Of a stretch of 16,567 bases of DNA, positions 8,235 to 15,476 are shown in pieces. Both the position numbers and the translations under genes were made by a program. The stretch is taken from contig JBJTQJ010000129.1 in assembly GCA_046075565.1 (NCBI GenBank), positions 1-16,567 on the forward strand, given 5' to 3'. The stretch's first letter is position 1. Each line of letters opens with the position of its first letter. Below the pieces are notes generated by a model, which was not told the DNA's origin, did no database searches, and saw only the letters and a program-made list of their open reading frames with translations. This DNA is from Verrucomicrobiales bacterium (GTDB lineage Bacteria; Verrucomicrobiota; Verrucomicrobiia; Verrucomicrobiales; SLCJ01).

Positions 8235-8767
8235 GCGTGGCTCCTTTCCAACTGGATTTGGTTTTCGATGCACTTGCGCAACTCCTCGCGGATTCTCAGC
8301 AAGCCAACGCGGATGGCGACTTCGGTTGCGCCCAGCGCACGGGCGATCTCCCGTGAATCGAGCGAATCGTAGTAGCGCAGCCGGATCATCCGGCGCGCCT
8401 TGGGGGAGAGCTTGGTGAGGCAAACGTCGAGAGCCGCCCCCTCTTCCCGCTGGGCGGGAGCAACTTCGATAAACGTATTGGAGATGCGTTCCAGCAACGC
8501 CTCGTCGAAAACCAAACGTGATCTCGCGTAGTCCCTTTTGCTGCCCAGGATCGCGAATTTCGCGACCCCCATGGCCCAAGGAAGGAACGCTTTCGACGGG
8601 TCGTATTGGGCGAATTTGCGGAGCAACGTCATCGCGATTTCCTGCAGAAGGTCTTCCGCTTGCCCGCGGTCGCGGATGCTGGTGTGAACAAAGCACGCGA
8701 CCGTGGACTGCGACTGAGTCCATAGCTGGATAAAATTCTCCTGTTGGTCCGTGGTTAGCACCCCCAT
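8231..8767 (-). CDS. ECF sigma-70 factor (178 aa), resembling the Rhodopirellula/Verrucomicrobium family (TIGR02989-like)
   Basis: Region 2: FIQLWTQSQSTVACFVHTSIRDRGQAEDLLQEIAMTLLRKFAQYDPSKAFLPWAMGVAKF. Region 4: LDVCLTKLSPKARRMIRLRYYDSLDSREIARALGATEVAIRVGLLRIREELRKCIE. GGAG lies upstream of ATG 8767. Coupled to the FecR gene. Confidence 0.93.
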   Translation of the reverse strand: MGVLTTDQQENFIQLWTQSQSTVACFVHTSIRDRGQAEDLLQEIAMTLLRKFAQYDPSKAFLPWAMGVAKFAILGSKRDYARSRLVFDEALLERISNTFIEVAPAQREEGAALDVCLTKLSPKARRMIRLRYYDSLDSREIARALGATEVAIRVGLLRIREELRKCIENQIQLERSHA

Positions 8768-8975
8768 GATTTCTCCAAAAGTCACTCCTGGTGTTACAAA
8801 AATCTGAACTGATTTCGAAGGGACTGCACAAAAAAAACCGGCATGCCCGAAGCTTGTCGTATTCGCCTCAGTGTCAATGAATTGAAGAGATTTTTGTCCT
8901 CCCGTTCGCCCCGGACCGGTTATTTTGCTGTGGTCGAAGCAGGTTGCCATCCCTGGGACCCTGCGCTTCCTGAAG

Positions 8976-11915
8976 TCATGGTGTGGACAGGATGCGCACC
9001 GGACCGAGCAGGCCGGCGGGTTGCAGCGGGCTGTCCTTGGTGTAGTGGCGGTTGGTGGTGAAGGTGAACCGTCCGCCGGGTGCGCGTTGGGCTTTCCTGA
9101 ACCAATCCGGCCATTCGAGCAGGGTCTCGGGATTCTTCCATTTCGAGTCTAGGGGCAGGTGTTCGTCGCCGATCAGGCGGTTGTTCCAGGTGTTGGCAAC
9201 CTCGATTTCAAGGGCATTGGAACCGGGCCGAAGGGCTCCGGAGGCATCAACCTGATAGGGCGGCTTCCAGGCGATGCCGCAATCCTTGCCATTGAGTTTC
9301 ACACGGGCGACGACCTCGACCTGTCCGAGATCGAGGCGCAGGGGAATACGTCCGTCGGTGGGCACAGCATCGGACAGTTCGAAGGTGGTGCGATAGGTGG
9401 CGGTGCCGGAGTAATATCGAACTAGCGGGTCGGTGTGCTCGGACCAGGAGGCAAGCCGGTCAAGCTTGAGCGTTTCCTTGGTCCCCCATGCGGGATCGAA
9501 GCTCAGGGACCAGGCGCCATCGATGGGCTGGATGGGTTTCCATTCCGCGAAGGGGTTGTGGGTCGGGCGAGCGGCGCCGGGTTGATCGCGGAAGACGACA
9601 AACCAGCTTTGTGCGGGGCTGAAGCGCAGCTTCGCGCGCGTGCGACCGTCCGGATCGGGAGTGCTCGGCAGCGCGTGGATCTCGCCGGTTTCCGGGTTCC
9701 ACAGTTCGCCAGCTTTTCCGGTGCTGCGGAAGAGACATTCGCGTTCGACCGGCTCGGGCCGGGTATTGGCGACGAAGTAGATCTCGGTGTTCCCGGTTCG
9801 ACGGTGGAGCCATTTCAGTCCCTCGCCCTCGAAGTCCGGCGGGATCCGATCCGCCGTGAAGACTTCGTTCCATCCGCTCTTGGGCAGCAGGGGCCAGTTG
9901 GCGGCGAGTTTCTTCACTTCGTCGTTGGCCTGTGGGTAACCTTCGAGTCCCGGGGTGCCGGTGATCGGGGCCTGGAGGAAAATGGCGGCACCGGCTTCGC
10001 GTAGTTCCCCGATCTTGCGTGCGACCGGCAGCGTGAGGCGCCCGGAGCGCGGCAGGACGAGGTAGCGGTAGCTGATGCCGCTTGGCAGGTGGATGCGACC
10101 GTCGGCAAAAGTCAGACGCATGACGACTTCCTCCGAGCAAAAATCATGATCGTATCCGGTCAGGCGGTCAAATTGGATATCATTGAAGTTGAGCGGAGAA
10201 TCGCCATGGTAAAGGCAGGCGATATCGACGACGCGGCGGCCCTGCTGGAGCAGGAACTGGCAGCGGGCGACATAGTCGAACCACGGCTTGCTGAATTCCC
10301 ACCACGTCTGGTGGCGGTTGAAGTGCTGGCCCCAGCGGCTGTGCGTCAGGCCGGGCTTCATCGAATCGTAGGCCTGGTGGGCGGATAGATGGATGACAAA
10401 GTGGCTCACCCCCTCGCTAAAGGCCTCGTCGCCCATGCCTTTGATCAGATAGGGGTGGTCGATCCAGCCGCGGCAACCGGTGAAGGCCTCGGCTCCGACA
10501 CGTGCCTTGCCATGGGTATTGGCCACCGAGGCGAGTCCTTTCATCGAGTGATACCAGTAGGAGTGAAAGTCGGGAAAGCGGCCGTCGTATTTGCGATCCT
10601 TGAACTCCCGCTCGGTCCAGAACTCGGCGATGGGAAAATCACCGCGGCCGCCGTAGTCGAGGCTGTTCACACAGAGGCGACCGTAAGGTTCGGTGGAAAA
10701 TTTCACGCCGTAGGGTTCGATGCGCTGGCGCAGTCGGTCGATGTAGTTGGCCAGTGTCACCTCGCCGACCGTGCGGCGCAGGTCGCGGAGAAAGCGTTCG
10801 GTGAGATCGAGGCTGCCGACGGCATGGCCGGTGAGCACGGGCAGCCAGGGGGTGAGGTCGTAGCCCCGGCGCTTTTTGAATTCCCCGGCGAACCCGCTGG
10901 TCCAGTTCTGGCCGTGGGCCTCCCAACTGTCGATGTGGATGTATTGCAGCGTGCGCCCGGACTTCTCGCCGGCGGCATCGAGGATTGGCTTGAGGCGGTG
11001 CTCGAAATGCGCGTCGATACCGCGCGGATGGAGGCGGTCGCATTCGAGGCCGAGCACGCCGGAGGGCACGGGGCGGGTCGTCTTGAGGTTGGTGGCATGG
11101 CCGAGACGGACGACCGTCCATTCGCCCGGTGGAGCATTCCAACGCAAATGGCCATCGGTGTTCATCTTATCTGTTAGATCAACCACCCTGGCGGAGTGCA
11201 GCGGGATGATTTTGGATTTTCCGGCCAACGGTGGCGGGTCGGTCAACCAGCCCCGGCCGTCGTAGGTCTCAAGGGGATCTTCCTTGTGGTTCGATTCAAA
11301 AAGGCGGGAGCCATCCGCCTGCGCCGCCGGATAGGCAAAGACGCGGGCATCGCGGAACGAATCGGCCCGCTCGATGGCGGTGGCGACATCGGGAAGCATG
11401 CGTTCGTCGGGGTGCAACCAAACCGGTGGCGGCCTGGTCTCCACCACCGGTTGCGGCAGATTCGTCGTCACCGGTCCGCCACCCCGCACCTTGGTTTCCG
11501 ACCAAACCAGCTTCTGCATCGAGGTGTCCGGCGTGATGTGGGGTCCGCCGCTGCCATAGCCGAAATCCACGCTCAGTGTGAAGGCCAACCCGAGGCGGTC
11601 GGCCTCGGTGATGGCCCACTGCATACAATCATGCCATTCCTTGCTGTCCGCCTCGATCGGCCCTCGTGGAGCCCAACGCGGCCCGCTGACCTCCATCCAG
11701 ATCACCCCGCCGATGCCGACGTTTTTCATGGCCTCGAGGTCCTTGGTAATGCCCTCGCGACTGATGTTCCCGTTGATCCAGAACCAGAACACCCACGGCC
11801 GCGCCCCGGCGGGTGGTGACTTGAAAGAGGACTCCAAATCACCCGCTACCCGCGCGGGCAGGGCGAGGCAACAGGCCAACAAAATGGCCGCAGCATTGCG
11901 GAGGAGAAGGTTCAT
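8976..11915 (-). CDS. Secreted glycoside hydrolase family 106 (alpha-L-rhamnosidase-like) with a C-terminal beta-sandwich domain
   Basis: Signal peptide; F..PP..ARPWVFWFWINGNISREGITKDLEAMKNVGIGG, SMQKLVWSE, GLECDRL, HIDSWEAHGQNWT, RRGYDLTPWLP, AEAFT, WGQHFNRHQTWW, YVARCQFLLQQGR, RYYSGTATY, LDLGQV...VKLNG, LEIEVANTW.NRLIGD, GLLGPV. Confidence 0.9.
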   Translation of the reverse strand: MNLLLRNAAAILLACCLALPARVAGDLESSFKSPPAGARPWVFWFWINGNISREGITKDLEAMKNVGIGGVIWMEVSGPRWAPRGPIEADSKEWHDCMQWAITEADRLGLAFTLSVDFGYGSGGPHITPDTSMQKLVWSETKVRGGGPVTTNLPQPVVETRPPPVWLHPDERMLPDVATAIERADSFRDARVFAYPAAQADGSRLFESNHKEDPLETYDGRGWLTDPPPLAGKSKIIPLHSARVVDLTDKMNTDGHLRWNAPPGEWTVVRLGHATNLKTTRPVPSGVLGLECDRLHPRGIDAHFEHRLKPILDAAGEKSGRTLQYIHIDSWEAHGQNWTSGFAGEFKKRRGYDLTPWLPVLTGHAVGSLDLTERFLRDLRRTVGEVTLANYIDRLRQRIEPYGVKFSTEPYGRLCVNSLDYGGRGDFPIAEFWTEREFKDRKYDGRFPDFHSYWYHSMKGLASVANTHGKARVGAEAFTGCRGWIDHPYLIKGMGDEAFSEGVSHFVIHLSAHQAYDSMKPGLTHSRWGQHFNRHQTWWEFSKPWFDYVARCQFLLQQGRRVVDIACLYHGDSPLNFNDIQFDRLTGYDHDFCSEEVVMRLTFADGRIHLPSGISYRYLVLPRSGRLTLPVARKIGELREAGAAIFLQAPITGTPGLEGYPQANDEVKKLAANWPLLPKSGWNEVFTADRIPPDFEGEGLKWLHRRTGNTEIYFVANTRPEPVERECLFRSTGKAGELWNPETGEIHALPSTPDPDGRTRAKLRFSPAQSWFVVFRDQPGAARPTHNPFAEWKPIQPIDGAWSLSFDPAWGTKETLKLDRLASWSEHTDPLVRYYSGTATYRTTFELSDAVPTDGRIPLRLDLGQVEVVARVKLNGKDCGIAWKPPYQVDASGALRPGSNALEIEVANTWNNRLIGDEHLPLDSKWKNPETLLEWPDWFRKAQRAPGGRFTFTTNRHYTKDSPLQPAGLLGPVRILSTP

Positions 11916-11960
11916 GTTTGAAGGGAAGATCTAAACCAGGGATTTTCCACTCTGAAGCCT

Positions 11961-12965
11961 TTACCTTCCCAGGAACAAATCCCGGCCGGCGACCAGCGCC
12001 TCGATCTTGCGATCGGCCACCGAACGTTTCAGCATCCAGAACCCGCAGTCCGGGTGCACCCATTTGACCCGGCCGGGGCCGAGCGCCTTGACGGCGGCGT
12101 CGATGCGTGAGGCGACTTCGTCAGGGGTCTCGACGTGATTCACTTTGATATCGATCACGCCGATACCGATGGCGATGTGATTGCCGACTTGTTTGAGCGC
12201 CTCCAGATCGGAGGACGGGCGGTGGGCTAGTTCCAGCACGATGTGGTCGGTGTGCAGGCCATTGAGGAAATCGACGAGCGGTTTCCACGCGCCGGACTGG
12301 ATGGTCTGTCCGCCGTAGTTGCCGAAGCAGAAGTGGACGGCCTTTTCCACGGTCACCTTGTCGAGGATGCGGTTGATCGCGGCCTGAGCGAGCGGGGCAT
12401 GTTGTGGACTGCCGGGCACATTGGCCTCATCGACCTGGACACAGGCGCAGGGAAGATCCGCCACCTGCTCGGCCAGCGTGTCGGCGATGGCCATGGTCAG
12501 GGACTCGAGGTCGGGGTAATGGTGGTCGAGCAGGGTGCGGGCCAGCATGAACGGGCTGGTCAATGTGAATTTCATCGGGCCATTCGCCACCGAAGCGGAG
12601 CGCGCGCAGGCGTCGTAAAGATCGAGGGTGCCCTCGCTGATTGCATCGATCACCACGGCGGCGGGCTTGCGGCGGAAACTCATTTCCTGCTTCGCGCGGA
12701 AGGCGATCCCATCGCTGCGACCGACCTGCGAACGGATCCCGCCGAGCCGGCTGACGAAGTATTCGATCATGCCGTTGGTGTCGGGGTGGTTCGGATCGAA
12801 GCGGTAAAGTTCACCGTCGGTGGGTAGATCGATGCCGGCGTTCTTCTGGATGTTGATGACCACCGAGGTGGCGTCGATGACGGCCTGTTCGCTCGGCAGT
12901 GCGGCAAGCCAGTCGATGGGCGAATAGGAACCGACGGTGGTGGTTCGGATTTCGGGTGCGCTCAT
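11961..12965 (-). CDS. Stand-alone cobalamin-independent methionine synthase II family protein (single MetE C-terminal-type barrel, Zn thiol-alkyltransferase fold); substrate unknown
   Basis: TTTVGSY, Q..AGID..TDGE..R, CVQVDEAN, candidate Zn ligands HFC (12327-12335), LELAH and HPDCGF (Cys at 12045-12047), GVIDIK...VETPDEVA. About 334 aa, with no N-terminal MetE half. Start is ATG 12965 or ATG 12971. Confidence 0.88.
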   Translation of the reverse strand: MSAPEIRTTTVGSYSPIDWLAALPSEQAVIDATSVVINIQKNAGIDLPTDGELYRFDPNHPDTNGMIEYFVSRLGGIRSQVGRSDGIAFRAKQEMSFRRKPAAVVIDAISEGTLDLYDACARSASVANGPMKFTLTSPFMLARTLLDHHYPDLESLTMAIADTLAEQVADLPCACVQVDEANVPGSPQHAPLAQAAINRILDKVTVEKAVHFCFGNYGGQTIQSGAWKPLVDFLNGLHTDHIVLELAHRPSSDLEALKQVGNHIAIGIGVIDIKVNHVETPDEVASRIDAAVKALGPGRVKWVHPDCGFWMLKRSVADRKIEALVAGRDLFLGR

Positions 12966-12989
12966 GGGCATGGGATGGTGATTTGCGTT

Positions 12990-14132
12990 TTACGGGTTTA
13001 TTTTCCAATCGTGGACGGTCTTTGCGGAAAGCTCACGGAGTTTGTCTTCGTCCACTTCCAGGCCGAGGCCCGGGCCTTCGGGGATTTCCGCCACGGCATT
13101 GCGGATGACCACCGGCGAGCTGAGCACGGAAGCATCGAGAAACTGCGGGCCATTGAGCACGGCGGCTTCTTCCAACCCGTAGGCATCGTAGAGAGCCAGC
13201 GCGGCTCCGAGCGAGAGATCTGGATCGCAGAGCCCGCTGCCGACCCATTTGAGACCGTGCTCGATGCAGAGTTCGATCTGGCGTTTGTTCGAGGTCAGCC
13301 CGCCACAGCGGGCGGGTTTCATCGCCATGCCGTCGAGCATGCCGAGTTGGATGAACTCCTCCAATTCCACCGGGCTGATTACGCCCTCGTCCATGTAGAG
13401 CGGCAAGGCTCCTTGTTTCTTGAGCGCCTGATACCAACTGAGGCGATTCGGCGGCACCGGCGATTCGAAGACCTGCACACCCAGATCGGCGAGCTTTGGC
13501 GCGACCCAAAGCGCGTTGTCGAGATCGTAGGCCGTGTTGGCATCGGTCCAGAGAAAGCCATCCGGCGAGGCGTCGCGCACCATTTTCACCACTTCGAGAT
13601 CAAAGGCGGGATTCGGAGCCACCTTCACGTTGAAGTGCCGGTAGCCGAGGCGTTTGCCTTCGTTGACCGATGCCTCGACGCCATCGAGCGAAGTGACATT
13701 GACCGTCCAGCTCAGTTCGAGTTTACCCCGGCGAGGACGTCCCCAGATTTCGGCCAGCGACTGGTTGCGGGCTTTTCCGATCAGATCGTGGAGCGCCATG
13801 TCCACGGCGGCGCGGGTCAGCGGCATCCCGGTGGTAAAACCCGGACGGATCGCCTTGTCCATGATCGTATGGGCACCGGGGCTGTCCTCCGCGTCATGGC
13901 CCTTGAGAGCGGGTCCGTAGTAGTTACGCAGGGCGATGGTCGAAGTCTCCAGCGTCTCGTCACTCCAGGTCGAAATCGGCACCGCCTGGCCCCAGCCGAT
14001 CTTGCCGTCGTCGGTGGTGAGTTTGATTATCACCGCCGGCCGGCCCGAGGCACCGAGCGGGGTGGTGAAAAACTTGAAGTAGAGTTTGGTCGGGTATTCG
14101 AGGGGAAAGACCTCGATGGATTCGATTTTCAC
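12990..14132 (-). CDS. Enolase-superfamily enzyme (mandelate racemase/muconate lactonizing enzyme family, MLE-subgroup-like), cytoplasmic
   Basis: GTG start; N-terminal capping domain (VIIKLTTDDGKIGWGQ, AAVDMALHDLIGK...L..IWG); metal ligands TDAN, FESP, MDEG; KPARCGGL; C-terminal IPEGPGLGLEVDEDKL. The strand-2 motif is FNVKV. Confidence 0.92.
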   Translation of the reverse strand: MKIESIEVFPLEYPTKLYFKFFTTPLGASGRPAVIIKLTTDDGKIGWGQAVPISTWSDETLETSTIALRNYYGPALKGHDAEDSPGAHTIMDKAIRPGFTTGMPLTRAAVDMALHDLIGKARNQSLAEIWGRPRRGKLELSWTVNVTSLDGVEASVNEGKRLGYRHFNVKVAPNPAFDLEVVKMVRDASPDGFLWTDANTAYDLDNALWVAPKLADLGVQVFESPVPPNRLSWYQALKKQGALPLYMDEGVISPVELEEFIQLGMLDGMAMKPARCGGLTSNKRQIELCIEHGLKWVGSGLCDPDLSLGAALALYDAYGLEEAAVLNGPQFLDASVLSSPVVIRNAVAEIPEGPGLGLEVDEDKLRELSAKTVHDWKINP

Positions 14133-14144
14133 GTGATGGATTTG

Positions 14145-15476
14145 TTAGATGAATTTTTTCAAGTCCCAAGGTTCGCGGTAGGTTCCGGTCATGTGGGCGG
14201 CGGCCTCGGGGTGGTTGGTTATCTTTTCGGCGATGGGGTCCCAGGCGAGCGCTTTGCCTGCCTTGATGGCGGCGAGACCGAGCAGGCATTGGCTGTTCAC
14301 GCGGTGGCCGGCTTCGGCGTCGATCATGACTTTGCTCCCGCCGAGAATCGCCGCGATGAAATCCTCCTTGTCCTGCCGGGTCGGCACCCGCTGGTCCGTA
14401 TCCCGGAACTTGAGGCCCAAGAAATTCTTGTCACTGGCCTGGAGACCTCCCTTGCTGTGCCAGTTCGCTTGCAGCCAGCCCTCATCACCTTCGACACGCA
14501 GGTAGGGTTTGTCGATCTTGTAATCCAGTTTCACCCCGTTGGCATATTCGTAATGGACTTTGAAGGCGGTGATGGTGTCCCAGAGCGCCCCGGCTTCCGG
14601 GAAGGATCCAGTGCCCTCGATCTTCACCGGTCCGCTGTGGCTGGTGCCGTTGATGAAATTGGCCACGTCCATGAGATGGCCGCCCCAGTTGGTGATCATG
14701 CCGGCCGCGTAATCGGAAATACGCAACCAACCGGGTCGCCCGATGGGTGCGCCGGTCTGCGGGTCGGTGTTATGCACTCGATCCAGGGCATAAGGTTTTT
14801 CGGGCGCGGGGCCCTGCCACATTTCATAGTCGAGATGTGCGGGCACCGGCATCGGGGTTGGATTGCCGAATCCCTCGGTTAGCTCCTTCGGCACCCCGAC
14901 TTCAAAACGGCGGAGAGTTCCCAGATATCCGTTGAGCGCGAGGTCCGCGGTCTTGATCATGTAACCGCTCGAGCGGCATTCGCTATCGAGGCGGAAAACC
15001 AGACCGGATTTTTTTGCGAGGTCGGCCAGTGCCCGACCTTCCTCGAAGTGCAGGGTCATGGCCTTTTCGCAGCAGACATGCAATCCCTTCTTCAGGGCGA
15101 TCATCGACTGGATGGTATGCCAATGGTCCGGCGTGGAAATCATCACCGCGTCGAGGCCGGGCATGTCGTAGGCTTCGCGAAAATCCGTGAACAACCGGCA
15201 ATCCTGGGTGCCGTATTCGGCATCGACGAGTGATTTGGCGTGACCGGCGCGCAGACGATCCACGTCACACACCGCGACCACGCGCACATTCTTCTGGCTC
15301 AGAAACCCCCGCAGGTTCACTTGCACGCCCTGCCGGCCTGTGCCGATCATGGCAACGTTCACCCGCTTGGACGGCGTATCCTGCCCTCGCAACAGGCCCG
15401 ATGGCAGGATGGTGAAGGCCGAGCCTGCGGCAACTTGGCCGAGGAAACGGCGGCGATGCAAGGATTGCGGGTTCAT
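14145..15476 (-). CDS. Tat-exported Gfo/Idh/MocA-family NAD(P)-dependent oxidoreductase (443 aa)
   Basis: Start MNPQSLHRRRFLGQVAAGSAFTILPSG (twin-arginine signal); the ATG overlaps the upstream stop (ATGA, 15473-15476). Rossmann motif VAMIGTGRQG, VVAVCDVD, DAVMISTPDHWH, CEKA, LDYEMWQGPAP, GMITNWGGHLMD, L.WDP..E.I.N. Confidence 0.92.
   Translation of the reverse strand: MNPQSLHRRRFLGQVAAGSAFTILPSGLLRGQDTPSKRVNVAMIGTGRQGVQVNLRGFLSQKNVRVVAVCDVDRLRAGHAKSLVDAEYGTQDCRLFTDFREAYDMPGLDAVMISTPDHWHTIQSMIALKKGLHVCCEKAMTLHFEEGRALADLAKKSGLVFRLDSECRSSGYMIKTADLALNGYLGTLRRFEVGVPKELTEGFGNPTPMPVPAHLDYEMWQGPAPEKPYALDRVHNTDPQTGAPIGRPGWLRISDYAAGMITNWGGHLMDVANFINGTSHSGPVKIEGTGSFPEAGALWDTITAFKVHYEYANGVKLDYKIDKPYLRVEGDEGWLQANWHSKGGLQASDKNFLGLKFRDTDQRVPTRQDKEDFIAAILGGSKVMIDAEAGHRVNSQCLLGLAAIKAGKALAWDPIAEKITNHPEAAAHMTGTYREPWDLKKFI

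Noticed and set aside
8830-8849. Possible intrinsic terminator (CGGGCATGCCGG followed by T8 on the minus strand)
   Set aside because: Only a 3-4 bp stem with a real loop can form; too weak to call.
8235-8950. N-terminal extensions of the FecR ORF (to 8831) and sigma ORF (to 8950)
   Set aside because: The extensions overlap the sigma gene or the AT-rich regulatory region. SD-like motifs and domain boundaries support starts at 8234 and 8767.
11871-11915. Lipobox-like LLAC in the GH106 signal peptide
   Set aside because: The hydrophobic stretch continues past the cysteines to a plausible signal peptidase I site; this cannot be decided without SignalP.
11961-12971. Calling this gene metE
   Set aside because: It is less than half the length of MetE, lacks the N-terminal barrel and has no methionine-pathway context.
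12975-14882. 635-aa plus-strand ORF
   Set aside because: Antisense shadow of the enolase and oxidoreductase genes.
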